Virus record (IMG/VR): IMGVR_UViG_3300035670_000058
Span: 50,681-114,680 of that record
Strand: one strand, 5' to 3'
Source of the DNA: a virus
DNA: 64,000 nucleotides
Shown here: positions 9,520 through 20,302 of the stretch, piece by piece
Numbering within the stretch: position 1 is the first letter of the stretch
Layout of the letters: every line of letters starts with the position of its first letter
Translations under genes and position numbers: made by a program
The notes under the pieces: model-generated
What the model was told of the DNA's origin: nothing
Database searches by the model: none
Seen by the model: the letters and a program-made list of their open reading frames with translations, nothing else

Positions 9520-10356
9520 TTACAAATCCTTCAATAGAATCCGCCCTCTAGGCATGCGCCCTACCAGCCCTAGTTGCAGCAGATAAGGCTCAACTTCTCG
9601 CTCGATTGTCTTGGTATCAAGCCCCAGCATTGCTGAGAGATGAGATAGACCGACTGAACGGTCGGTATCGAGCGCAGCAAGGTACTTGTAATCGCGCTCA
9701 GTAAGACCATTTTTGTCGATCCCTAGGATACTGAAAGCATCTTCTAGGTTTTTCTGGGTGGGGACAAAGTTGTTGTTGACAATCATCCAATCAAAGATGA
9801 ATGACAGGTTGTGAATGGCTGCTCTAGGATTAAGGCGGGAACGCCTAGCAATCTCAGCAATTGTCTTGTCAGCCATAGTAAGATTTTTCCTGGCAACAGC
9901 GTTAGCCAGAATTTTCTCAATTTCGTTCAAATTATACGGTTCTAGGTGAATTTCCCTGAATCTGGATTTAAACGCAGCAGGGACTTGACCGGGGCTAGTT
10001 GTGCAAGCAATCAATTGCACAGACCCGCGATCAATTAGGAGGTTCAGTGAATCTGCGACAACAGAATCTAGGTTATGAACCTCATCAATGATTAGGGGAT
10101 GCTTGATAAAGGGAGTGCCCTTGAACGCAGCAGCGTCCATTACCCTCGGCGTAATCCCCGCTGATTGGAAAATAATCTTTGCGAGTGAGGTCTTTCCTGT
10201 TCCGTAGGGACCATCGATAAGAATGTTGGGCAGGGAGCGTGCCTCGATTTGCGAGGCACTAATCATCAAGCGAGCAATTGCCTTTGGTCGTTCCTGCCCG
10301 ACATAATCGTCAAAATTTTGGGGGGTGAAAATCCCCACCTTTTCAGAAGGGTACAT
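9520..10356 (-). CDS. ruvB: RuvB-like Holliday junction branch-migration AAA+ ATPase
   Basis: PQNFDDYVGQ, GPYGTGKTS, IDEVH, SRF, C-terminal GL..L...LG....TIE..VEPYLLQLG...R.PRGR. Confidence 0.85.
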   Translation of the reverse strand: MYPSEKVGIFTPQNFDDYVGQERPKAIARLMISASQIEARSLPNILIDGPYGTGKTSLAKIIFQSAGITPRVMDAAAFKGTPFIKHPLIIDEVHNLDSVVADSLNLLIDRGSVQLIACTTSPGQVPAAFKSRFREIHLEPYNLNEIEKILANAVARKNLTMADKTIAEIARRSRLNPRAAIHNLSFIFDWMIVNNNFVPTQKNLEDAFSILGIDKNGLTERDYKYLAALDTDRSVGLSHLSAMLGLDTKTIEREVEPYLLQLGLVGRMPRGRILLKDL

Positions 10357-10574
10357 TAATCTACTTTCACTATTGGAACGATAGTATCTCCCCTATCGGG
10401 AATAATACACATCTCCCTATATGAGAGATATTCGGGATTTGTCAGATATACGATATATCCGTTATCCTTTTTACATCGACGTAAAAAGAATCCTAGTTTA
10501 TACCCGATAAAGTGGTCCTTTGACGAAACCTTTACCGGAGTCCCTTCTTTTAGGTTTATGGGCGGGTTTTGCAA
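10356..10574 (-). CDS. hypothetical protein
   Basis: ORF coupled to ruvB-like gene. Confidence 0.45.
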   Translation of the reverse strand: MQNPPINLKEGTPVKVSSKDHFIGYKLGFFLRRCKKDNGYIVYLTNPEYLSYREMCIIPDRGDTIVPIVKVD

Positions 10575-10663
10575 CGCTAAGAACCTTCCGCTCCAGTTTG
10601 CGGGTTTTATCGAATTCCTCTGAGAATGCGCATGCAGCGCAATTCGGAGGTGTGCCCTTATGA

Positions 10664-10939
10664 TTAGTTTGATGGCGCATTAGCACCCTCATCCCAAATC
10701 TTGTGGGTAATTTTACCCCAAACGCTCAACGGAAAGTCAATAGTTGCCTCTGTTGGCTTAGTCTCACCGATTGTCTTAATGAGCATTGCTGCCCTGATAC
10801 TGTCGTCGTTGTGGATCATACTAAAATAAACGACATTAAGCCCATGCGGGTCAATTTTTGGAGCAAAATCGGGATTATACTTCTTCATAAAAGAAGCCAA
10901 ATCGTTGCCATTGATAATAGTGTACGCCTTACCGGCCAT
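10664..10939 (-). CDS. hypothetical protein
   Basis: ATG downstream of SD and sigma-70 promoter. Confidence 0.6.
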   Translation of the reverse strand: MAGKAYTIINGNDLASFMKKYNPDFAPKIDPHGLNVVYFSMIHNDDSIRAAMLIKTIGETKPTEATIDFPLSVWGKITHKIWDEGANAPSN

Positions 10940-10962
10940 AGACTGTCTCCTAGTTTTTACCG

Positions 10963-10991
10963 AGTGTAGCACGTTTTGACGTGCTTGTCAA
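10963..10991 (-). promoter_or_regulatory. sigma-70-type promoter
   Basis: TTGACA-17-TACACT. Confidence 0.7.
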
Positions 10992-11008
10992 GGTGATAAA
11001 AATACGGG

Positions 11009-11809
11009 CTAGTTGCGCTTACCGTCGCCCAAGGAAAGGGGGCCACTAACAGTAGAGCCGCTACGGATGCCACGGGTGAATTGAATATCGTGACCAGCAA
11101 TGCGGCCTGATTCGTAGGCTGCTCTATAACTGGCCTGAGCGCTTTTAACAGAAATAAGCTTGGGGAATTGCTGATTCATAAACTCCTTCAATTTTGCACT
11201 GTCAAGTGTAATCAATGCAGTGATCGATGGATTGTCTGCCTCCATTGCTGTTAGGTTCTCTTCAAGCCTGTCGCGGATGGTACGTACAGCACCGACATAA
11301 AAGGAAGCCTTCCATGTCTTTCCATGTACGTGCAAAAGCGAGCGATCAGAGAACAGGTCAACGTCAGGGAATTGCTCCTGCATTTTGCGGAGTGCTTGAA
11401 TCTGCTGCCACTTCTCTTCGGCAATGCGCTCCAGATCATGCATGATAACCTCATACATAAACTGAGCGACTTCTACGTTGGCTTTCTTGCCAAGGAAGTA
11501 CATTCCCTTGCCTGAGTAAACCCCCTTGCAGAGATTTCCCTTAGCAACGGCAAATGCCAAGTCTCGCTTCCACTCAATAACGTTAAGGCCAAACAACTCC
11601 TTGAAGTCATTGACAAGACGTGTCTCTTCGCGGTCGAGTTTGACGTTCTCAACCTGAGACATCTCAATATTGTACTTGACGAGCAATTCCTGAGCCTTAG
11701 CCGCAGCGAGTGCAGCCTCATTCTCATTTGAGGATTTGCTCAGCGCCATCAATTTCTTGATCTTGATGACGAGTGATTCAGCCTCTTTATCCGAAAGATT
11801 ATCCAGCAT
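11009..11809 (-). CDS. DUF2786-domain protein
   Basis: KIKKLMALSKSSNENEAALAAAKAQELLVKYNI. Confidence 0.8.
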   Translation of the reverse strand: MLDNLSDKEAESLVIKIKKLMALSKSSNENEAALAAAKAQELLVKYNIEMSQVENVKLDREETRLVNDFKELFGLNVIEWKRDLAFAVAKGNLCKGVYSGKGMYFLGKKANVEVAQFMYEVIMHDLERIAEEKWQQIQALRKMQEQFPDVDLFSDRSLLHVHGKTWKASFYVGAVRTIRDRLEENLTAMEADNPSITALITLDSAKLKEFMNQQFPKLISVKSAQASYRAAYESGRIAGHDIQFTRGIRSGSTVSGPLSLGDGKRN

Positions 11810-11856
11810 TTATTCTCCTAGTCATAAAAATGAGGGGGCATAGAAGCCCCCTCGTA

Positions 11857-12726
11857 TTACCGATCCTTGAGATAGACTTCGTAAAGCCTAACTGCTTCAG
11901 CCTCCAGCGGAGTAAGAGGCTTATTAGCCCTATCAAGCAGAGAGATAGCCAGATCATCTTCCTCTGCATTCTCTGCGAGAGAAGCAGCAGTTTCAAGCCA
12001 AGTCCTGCGCTTGATAAGACGCTCAATTGTTGGGAAATTAGTAGACTCGTTAGGAAGTTGAATAATGAGAGGCGTAGGCTCCTCATTATTCTCGATGATA
12101 TCCGATGCTTCCATAACAATTTCTTCCGGCTGAATGAGGGTCAGAGTTTTTGCCCCATTCTTAGAAAGACGAATATTATAGGGGATACGATCCTTTGTAG
12201 AACCCCTGTCAAAGTTGATCCTGCCTTCTTTGGCAAGAGACTCCATAACATGGGTCATATTGTGGAGATCGATGTTATCCCCATCCCTGCGCACAACCTT
12301 GACAAGATCAGAGGTTGTCTCAAAGTGCTGGTATTCAGTAACTGCGGCCAGAACCCTGGCCTTAAGTGAATCCTTTCGAAGAGTAGGAGGCTTAAGTGCA
12401 TCCCTCTCTCGCTTATGCTGCTTATCCAGAGCAGCAAGGCCATCCTCCCTACCCATCAGAAGAGTCCAATGGTAAGAACGGCCATTAACCTTCCTGCCGG
12501 TTGCATCCATAGCGCCGAATTCAAGACGTCGCGTAAGGATACCGCACTTCTCATAAGTACGGACGGCTGCATCAATAAAAGGAACGCCCATTTTAACTTC
12601 ATGGGCAAACTTGCCGGAAGACATGAAACGTGCTTCTGTGCCAACTGTAGGCATATACGCATACAGAGCCAGAAGAGCATCATACTCCCGAGCCTGACGG
12701 TTTGTGAAATTTGCCTTAGGCTTCAT
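11857..12726 (-). CDS. putative tandem winged-helix DNA-binding protein
   Basis: 289-aa ORF; C-terminus resembles that of 8922..9518. Confidence 0.55.
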   Translation of the reverse strand: MKPKANFTNRQAREYDALLALYAYMPTVGTEARFMSSGKFAHEVKMGVPFIDAAVRTYEKCGILTRRLEFGAMDATGRKVNGRSYHWTLLMGREDGLAALDKQHKRERDALKPPTLRKDSLKARVLAAVTEYQHFETTSDLVKVVRRDGDNIDLHNMTHVMESLAKEGRINFDRGSTKDRIPYNIRLSKNGAKTLTLIQPEEIVMEASDIIENNEEPTPLIIQLPNESTNFPTIERLIKRRTWLETAASLAENAEEDDLAISLLDRANKPLTPLEAEAVRLYEVYLKDR

Positions 12727-12835
12727 TAATTATCCCTCTTATGGTAACCCTTCACACAAAAAGCACAAAGGTTTGTTTTAGGTGTGACCCACGCGGCAAT
12801 CGGAAGATCACAAACACACTTTGTACACTGACATT

Positions 12836-13255
12836 TCATGCCGCAGTTTCATCCACTTTGTAAGGCATAGGTTTGATAGGTTCTGCCCACATCAAAATTC
12901 TGCGGTACTTGTTTGACTTTACATCGTCATAAACATGTACGCGCAGTTTGAAACCACGGGTAGCAAAATAGTTGTATAGCGTTCTAAACGGGTTGTTCCC
13001 CCTTTCTAGTGGCATTTGATAATCGACAAACAATGTTTTGCCGGCGAGCAAATCTTTGACTAGGGGAGAATCAATTTCTTGGCGCACATAGGTATCCCTA
13101 GTCCTAATACCAGCACGCCACGTATTTGGCACTACCTTATACTTATACTCCATATAAGCATAATTAGGCGCTGGTTTATCCATGCGCTTATGCTTTTTCC
13201 AGTAATAGCGACGTGATGAAGCACGCCGCATTTCTTTCTTCTCTTCAGGTGTCAT
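12836..13255 (-). CDS. basic hypothetical protein
   Basis: 139-aa ORF. Confidence 0.6.
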   Translation of the reverse strand: MTPEEKKEMRRASSRRYYWKKHKRMDKPAPNYAYMEYKYKVVPNTWRAGIRTRDTYVRQEIDSPLVKDLLAGKTLFVDYQMPLERGNNPFRTLYNYFATRGFKLRVHVYDDVKSNKYRRILMWAEPIKPMPYKVDETAA

Positions 13256-13258
13256 GGA

Positions 13259-13546
13259 TTACCAACCGTCACATCCATCGTAATAACTATCCACTTCCCC
13301 TTTGAGATTGTACTGAAAATCAAAAAGCGCTGTAGATGATGCAGCAGGAGTGCCGCAACTTCTACAACGCGCAACGCGACCTTTTAGGCTGATTGTTTCT
13401 CTAGCCTTTTTGGGGTTAGAGTGTAGGCACGAAGAACAAACAGGGATTTTACTCCCTTCATGATCTGTCCATCTAGAGGTGGAAACGTGCCCACAGGCCA
13501 TGACAACACTTGGCTCGACCATAATAATCTCCATAGTCGATATCAT
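13259..13546 (-). CDS. Cys-rich hypothetical protein
   Basis: CGH, CSSC, CRSC; ends YYDGCDGW. Confidence 0.6.
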   Translation of the reverse strand: MISTMEIIMVEPSVVMACGHVSTSRWTDHEGSKIPVCSSCLHSNPKKARETISLKGRVARCRSCGTPAASSTALFDFQYNLKGEVDSYYDGCDGW

Positions 13547-13567
13547 GTACCGATTATATCAAATTCG

Positions 13568-13858
13568 TCAAGACTTGTCCATACCAGACTTTCTATATCG
13601 GGCACGTAGGGACAGGAGCAAGGATTCCAGCCCAACAGTCTCTTCACCAAGTTGCTTCAATTCAAAGACAATTTGGAAGAGATCGCTCACAGGAATCTGG
13701 ATGGAGTTGAGATCACCATCATAAGGCTTGGACGAAGCCAGAGCCTCTACAACGGCATTCGTTGCAAGGTACATGGCTTGAATTGTCCCGTCGCCTTTAT
13801 ACTCCCCTGCTAGTTTTTCTAACAGGAGAATTTGTCTACGGGCCTCAGAAATGCTCAT
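13568..13858 (-). CDS. hypothetical protein
   Basis: strong SD (AAGGAGG). Confidence 0.65.
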   Translation of the reverse strand: MSISEARRQILLLEKLAGEYKGDGTIQAMYLATNAVVEALASSKPYDGDLNSIQIPVSDLFQIVFELKQLGEETVGLESLLLSLRARYRKSGMDKS

Positions 13859-13970
13859 GGAGCCTCCTTTCTATAAAAAAGGGGACGTACATGAAATGCG
13901 TGGATGCATGTACGTCCCCTCAAGTATCTGAAACAATCGAACATAGCAGAGAGATTGATTAGCCATTTTC

Positions 13971-14567
13971 CTAAGCGGAGGCGACAACCTCTTCCTGCTC
14001 AGTATTCGAATACTGGGCAGAAAGGGCACGCTCGACAGCCTCCTTGAGTCGAGCCAGTTCAGACGCATTGACACCCACCAGAGCCGAAGCATCCAGTTCA
14101 GAAAGATTGTCCACGCGGAAAATCTTCTTGCGGGGGCCACGCTTCTTAGCGAGATTGTTATTCGACTTGAAATTCTGGACTGCATCCCGAACGTACTTAG
14201 GAGCGCGGGACGAACCCTCTTCCACAGAACCTCGGAAATACTGAACCATAAACTGAGTCATCTCTTTCGCATCAGCGAAAGGCTCAGGCTCTTCACCCTG
14301 CACCCAAAGGTACGTAGGGATCAGATCAAGCCGACGATTGCGATGCGAGATATCCTGAACGATTTGCTCAGCATCATACTTCGCATCGACCGTGAAATCA
14401 TTGACGATCACTCCATCAGTCGTGATCTCAAAGTTAGCACGGCCACCAAAGAGATGATAGATACCCTGCCATGCAGCGAGGACAGCGTTTCCTGCGCCAT
14501 TCTCAACGCCGACAGTAATGGGCTGAGTGCGAGTCTCAGCCTCAGGGGTTGCGTTAGCCTTAGCCAT
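13971..14567 (-). CDS. strongly promoted hypothetical protein with basic KKRGPRKK motif
   Basis: two upstream TTGACA promoters and a downstream terminator hairpin. Confidence 0.7.
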   Translation of the reverse strand: MAKANATPEAETRTQPITVGVENGAGNAVLAAWQGIYHLFGGRANFEITTDGVIVNDFTVDAKYDAEQIVQDISHRNRRLDLIPTYLWVQGEEPEPFADAKEMTQFMVQYFRGSVEEGSSRAPKYVRDAVQNFKSNNNLAKKRGPRKKIFRVDNLSELDASALVGVNASELARLKEAVERALSAQYSNTEQEEVVASA

Positions 14568-14643
14568 TGTATTTCGATCCTTTCGATTGGTGTAAGGCTA
14601 ACCAATCTCTCCATCTATATTCGGTTGTTAAGGTGCTGGGAGC

Positions 14644-14672
14644 ATTATCCATGCTTCCCTGAGTCTTGTCAA
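14644..14672 (-). promoter_or_regulatory. sigma-70-type promoter
   Basis: TTGACA-17-GATAAT; a second TTGACA promoter lies near 14750-14779. Confidence 0.7.
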
Positions 14673-15188
14673 GACCCTGCCGGTTGTCTAGCGATTTTCC
14701 GGCCCGTCTATTCTGGACTCCCGACCGCCGTTCCCGACCGCCTGTGAGCATCCTAGCGCTTCCCCGTCCCCTTGTCAACATCTTTTTTCAAAATAGGTTA
14801 TAGCTCAGATCATCAAAGTATCGATTTGTTCGATGATTACTTCAGGCATCATATACCGCTGGTTTACAAATCGAATTTCATCGGGGAGCCTGTTACTCAC
14901 CGGGTAAGAAAAGTATCTTACCACGTAAAAACCTAGCCATTTCCGCCGGCGCCCAATAGCTCGATTTTGCCAGGCAATATTCTAGCCTTTTTACGCGGTA
15001 AGATGACTCATTCTTGCGATTTGCAAAAAATCCAATTAAAACACTTGACAAACGCCGCCGGGTGTGCTACGCGCGGGGGCATTTATATAGGGGCGCGGGG
15101 CCGGAATTTTACGAGGCACATTCCTGGCCTTTTATCTAGCCTATTCTTGCGATTTTTACGCCTCCAACAAAATAGCCTATTTTACCCA

Positions 15189-15217
15189 TTGACAAGCCCG
15201 CCCGTTTGTGGGACAAT
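15189..15217 (+). promoter_or_regulatory. sigma-70-type early promoter for the small-gene block
   Basis: TTGACA-17-GACAAT with TG extension; a further TTGACA lies near 15045. Confidence 0.7.
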
Positions 15218-15284
15218 ACAGGTAGCGGAAACGCCGCCCTCAAAACCCATCAAAACCTCTAGCGATAGAAAGGTAATTGAATAA

Positions 15285-15839
15285 ATGGGAAACATGATCG
15301 TTCCCGATAACCAGATCAAAACTCGACTGTATAATCTGGTTATTGATGGCGATACTGTCGAGGAGATGCTTTCCTCTAGAATGGCAAATATCCTCGCCAA
15401 TGAGTATCGCGCAGAGGGATATCGTGTGGATAAGATCGAGGTTTACTCGATCACCAAATCCGCCGATGTGATCGAAGAAATGGCTTCAACAAAGCCAATG
15501 AATTACCCCCGTAAGGAAATCGGCACTCCTACGGTAACAAAAAAGAAAGAGCAAGAGAATAGGGCTAAAGCCCACGCAAAGGCCGAGGCAATCCGATCCA
15601 AGAAGAATAGCGCAAAGCCAGCAACATACCGATCCTCTTACGGAAGGGATAGGGGATCACTTCTCCATCAGGAATACCTAAATCTTCTCAAGAGGGATGG
15701 ATATAGGGTCTTCAACAATCTGAATGGAGAAGTCTGGATCGGACTCCAAACAGAAATCTCCTCCCGCATCTTCAACTACATCCAAAAGGGCGGGAAGAAG
15801 TCCGATCTCGATATCAAATATATCGGAAAGGCTGCATAA
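15285..15839 (+). CDS. hypothetical protein
   Basis: first ORF after the divergent promoter region. Confidence 0.65.
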   Translation: MGNMIVPDNQIKTRLYNLVIDGDTVEEMLSSRMANILANEYRAEGYRVDKIEVYSITKSADVIEEMASTKPMNYPRKEIGTPTVTKKKEQENRAKAHAKAEAIRSKKNSAKPATYRSSYGRDRGSLLHQEYLNLLKRDGYRVFNNLNGEVWIGLQTEISSRIFNYIQKGGKKSDLDIKYIGKAA

Positions 15840-18800
15840 TGGAAAAGAATACTGAAATCGCCGTCTGTGACGAATGCGGCATGGACTACGATCACAAAGG
15901 CCATTGCGATATCTGTGGAAAAGCAATTCTCTCTACATGGAAGATGCATGATGCAGTTTGGGGGCATGAAAGAGAAACAGACTCTGAAGCGGATGCTCGA
16001 TACGAAAGAATGTACGAGCGCTAATTGGAGAAATAAAGATGGCGCGATACTTTTGCGTCAGATGTAAAGAAATGCTGAATACGCTAGATAAGCCACATCT
16101 TTGCAAAGATGTGGCTTTGCGTTTGCAAGAGGCAGAGCGAACACTAAAGCGTGAGGAATGTCCTCCCAAATTTGGTCGCGGTAGACTAGATGATTGGCTG
16201 AAGAAAATGGATGCGCTTGACCCACAGGGCAAGCATGGTCCAAAAGGAAAGGCTCATGATTGGGCCATTGGTCATCATGGTGAGTGGATTGATCAATGTC
16301 ATCCAAAGGAGTGAGATGAAGGAATACGAAAACGTCGAGAAGTACGTGAGTGAACTTCTTCAATACGATAAGGTGGTAGAAGCCACACAGGAATTGATCA
16401 ACGTCATCAATCAGGATGACGAAACAAATCAACCGATCAAGAAGATCGTCAGTGAAATGGATAAGGATGGCGAGTGGTGCGTATATGCCATCCTTCAAGA
16501 TAATAAATACTTCAAGTACGCAATGTACATCTACGAGAATGGTGACATTGTAGCAGATGGATGGTAAAATGAAGCACAAGAAGGTTCTCAACGATCTCCT
16601 GGCAAATCATTGTATTGCGAGGATGGCTGAAGATAAGTCCCATTATCTCTTCGTTATCGACACCCATTGCAATCACCTCTGGGTGGTCGCTAAAAAGACA
16701 GAGAAAGTCCTAGAGTACGATATCCTCTTTGCTGAGTTTCAGGGAATGAATACCAGCGAAGCGATGTATGAGAAAGTCAATCAAGTTTACAGCGATTGGA
16801 GGAAGTGGTAAATGGCCCTGATAATCAATCTCAATGAGGGTGACCAGATTGGTCGCCTTATCTTTACCCGCAATCTTAGCGGAAGCCCTGATTGGCAGGG
16901 AACGGTTGCTCTTGTAAATGATACAAAGAGTGATCGTTTCTTTGTTATCAGTGGTATTATGAGTGCATTCGATACTGGTCGTCCAGAGATCGTGATCCTC
17001 CCTGCGGATGCAGATGGAGAGGTCATTGATTGGATCGAGGATGCTTGTTGGAGAAATCCACGAAATCTCGATGAGGTGATGTGGGACTTCTCCTTTATGT
17101 TGGAGGATGAGAATTAATGCAAAACATTCTACTCCCTGATCCAGAAAATGATCCTGATGAAGAAGCGGAGTTGACCTATCGCCTACAAGAAGCAATTCAC
17201 GAATACGAAGGTGATGGTGGCCCGTGTGAGGCATGGGCTAGGAAATTCTGCTACACCCATAATAAAGTCGATGATTGTGCTCCCTGTGGCGCACAGAAGT
17301 CCTCTGTCCTACATTATCCCGATCCAGAATGGCATGGCTGGGAATGCTATTGCCGGGAGTGCAGTGAATGAGTTACTGGATTTACTCTCATGATGACGAT
17401 GGTGAAATCGTCGTTGATCTGGGATCGACTCACACACATGATTTTGATGAGGCTTTGGCAATTGCTCTAAACCTCATGAGTGATTCAGATCGATTCGCAC
17501 AGCATCATATCCTGCGAATTGTGGATGAGAATAACGAAGGTCAGACGTGCTGGATTGCTGGTCCAGTTGAATACATGAGGGAGCATTATGAACGATAAGT
17601 GTACAATCTGTGGCCTCACCTTCAAAGAGGCTATGGATAAGAAGCCCTACGATATCCATTCATTCAGTTGCAGCGATGCCGATCTTGGTATTGACATTGT
17701 TGCAGAAGCGGCTAAACTGCTTGGAATGAGCGATAAGGATTTGAAGGAGTTGCTTGATGCGGCGCGGTGATAACATTCCCTCTGTGAGTGATTACGCTCA
17801 TTGGGGAGAGGAAGCAGAAGCAGTTTGGTACGCAGAAAACAAATACGACATGGAGAATTGGGACGAGGAAATCGAACCCGATGACTTTGAGGATCGCTAC
17901 TACGCAGAGCCTGATCCAGATATTGAGATGACTTTCAATACAGAGGAGGACGCACAGGCATTTATGGATCGACCCCAAGATTGGGGTTATGATGTCGAGT
18001 CGTTGAGTATGACTCGATATGGCGATAAATGGGTAGTTGAAGGTTATACCAAAGAACTCCATCGAAAGTACGTTGAGATGAACAGAAGGGCCAGGTTTCA
18101 CTAAATGATCGCTACAAGTGAAATGACAATTACAGAGCTGGAGGAAGCCATCACTCAACTCAATTACAAGATCACTAAGAAATACGATGGTGTCAAGGGT
18201 ATCTGTACCGTCACTCTTACATCAAAGGATGGTACAACGGTTATCACCGATGCAAATCGCAGTTCAATGGCTCTGTGGCGTGCCTATCGCAAGGCAATGC
18301 AATTCTGCCTTGATCAATTGAAGGGAGCAAGGTAAAGTAAATGAACGAAGACAGCCACCTGGAAATGGAATACGAAGATCGCTTCGTTGCTGATACAGAT
18401 ATCGATGATGGGGAGATCGAGGAAGATATCGACTGGGATGGAGGTCCGGTAGATGGAACCGAAGAGTGGTTCTAATATTGATACTACATACGAGGCATAT
18501 GCTATTGGCTATTTCTATGGAAGAGAGTTTGGGAATGATGAACCCGGTATTGCAGAACTAACTGCTAATGGAATGAATGACCATGCTGAGAATATGCATG
18601 CATTCAAGACAGGGTATGAGAGAGGCGTTGCAACCTACTGCGACAGATGGGAAGATGAACATGATTGTTCCGACGCTAAGCGTCCTTGTGATGATTGTCT
18701 TACAAGCAACTTGCCTGTATTTGATGGCGAATAAAGATCGCTCATAATCTCATGGTAGCACACTCTCTGAAATTTATTTGACTTATCCTAGAAAGTGTGC

Positions 18801-19591
18801 TACAATGAGGTCTGGAGTGTTCCTGACCCGTATAAAGAAAGGGACGGATCGGTAGATGGAATTGCATCAGGTCAAGTTTGAGGATCACCTCACTATCTCG
18901 ACTCTGGTCAATGACAAAGAGCCAAAGCAAATGGTGAGGATTAGGTGGGGCGAGGGGTACGATAGAATTATCGTGTCGTATCGCGCACCTGAGATGGATG
19001 AGATTGATGTGCGGACTTTCATGGTCCCTCACGATCTCTCTGAGGAAGCACTATTTGCGATGTTCGAAGAAATTATCATGTGGGTACACAGCAATTTCTT
19101 CGTGGATAAGAAGGGGGCGATGAATTAGTGGAAAGTCTAATCTGCACTAAGTGCGGAAAGGCAGTTATTATCATACGGCATAAAGAATTGGTCGAAGTTG
19201 ATAATGCCCTTAGCATCAAGTTTGAAGGTGGATATGGGTGGTTCGTTGATCCGCTAAATGATGATGAGGCGGATAGACTATCCATTATCCTGTGCCATGA
19301 GTGTGCCCATCAATTCTGTGATGATAACCCCTGGCTAACCAATATTATTGAGCCTCATACATCTCACTCCCATACGCATGAGTATCAGGATGCTCATCCT
19401 GAGCATTATGGATGGGATTATGACTTTAGGAGAAAGATCGATAAGAAATGAATGAGTCGGACTTTGATACAGAAGTCATCTTTGATCTTCCTGATGCTGA
19501 TATCAGTAACCCACCTGATTGGTGTGAAGAAATCCTAAGTAAAGACTGGGGTTTTATTTGGGACGATCTTCCTGAGGCTCCAGAATGGTAG
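15839..19591 (+). other. run of about 15 small co-oriented hypothetical genes (e.g. 16039-16314, 16316-16567, 16812-17117, 17117-17371, 17368-17598, 17754-18104, 18105-18335, 18341-18475, 18453-18734, 18856-19128, 19128-19451, 19448-19591)
   Basis: tightly packed or overlapping ORFs with SD sequences; many acidic or Cys-rich. Confidence 0.7.
18778..18806 (+). promoter_or_regulatory. sigma-70-type promoter
   Basis: TTGACT-17-TACAAT. Confidence 0.7.
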
Positions 19592-19606
19592 AATGAGGAA
19601 AGGTAG

Positions 19607-19933
19607 ATGCCCAGAGATAAAAAGAAGTATAATGAGTATATGCGATGGAAAATCCTAGAGAGGTACCATGCACGTAGAGATGCTGCGCTAGAAGCCCTTG
19701 GTGGCAAATGTACGAGATGTGGTACAATCGCAAACCTACAATTTGATCATATTGATAGGCACACTAAAGAGTTTCCAGTTTCTAAGATGTGGTCACTATC
19801 GGAAAAGAGATTCTGGGCAGAGATTGCTAAATGCCAGATTCTCTGCAATGAGTGCCATAAAATCAAATCAAAGGAGAATAACGACTACTTAGGAAAGCGT
19901 ACAACTCCTTCTAGACTCAAGAAAGTGGAATAA
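19607..19933 (+). CDS. HNH endonuclease
   Basis: LGGKCTRCG...LQFDHID...CQILCNECHKIK. Confidence 0.85.
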   Translation: MPRDKKKYNEYMRWKILERYHARRDAALEALGGKCTRCGTIANLQFDHIDRHTKEFPVSKMWSLSEKRFWAEIAKCQILCNECHKIKSKENNDYLGKRTTPSRLKKVE

Positions 19934-19940
19934 ATTCCTT

Positions 19941-20014
19941 GGGCGCATAGTTTAACGGTAAAACAAGGTCCTTTTAAGTCCTAGTTTCGGGTTCGACTCC
20001 CGGTGCGCTCACCA
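19941..20014 (+). tRNA. tRNA-Lys(TTT)
   Basis: cloverleaf GGGCGCA/TGCGCTC, loop CTTTTAA, GTTCGACTC, encoded CCA. Confidence 0.85.
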
Positions 20015-20032
20015 ATTCAGAAAGAAGAATAA

Positions 20033-20302
20033 ATGATTGTCACTGGTAAGGAACCCTTTATGCACAAGAAGGATATGTGTGCAGGAACATTCTGTTGTTT
20101 TCACAATCCTTCTGACCACAAGATGGTTGATTGGCCCATGAATTTGCGTACCGATGAATGGGCGGCCTCCCTTATTGAACGCCTATGTCCCCACGGTGTT
20201 GGTCATCCTGACCCTGATAGTGTTGCTTTTATGGAGAAGGCATTTCCAGAAGGTGGGGGAACATGGGGGGTACATGGATGCGATAGGTGCTGCATTGAAT
20301 GA
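20033..20302 (+). CDS. Cys/His-rich phage hypothetical protein
   Basis: ERLCPHGVGHPDPD...HGCDRCC. Confidence 0.7.
   Translation: MIVTGKEPFMHKKDMCAGTFCCFHNPSDHKMVDWPMNLRTDEWAASLIERLCPHGVGHPDPDSVAFMEKAFPEGGGTWGVHGCDRCCIE

Noticed and set aside
14967-15284. 105-aa ORF in the divergent promoter region
   Set aside because: Overlaps two promoters, TTG start without SD; likely spurious
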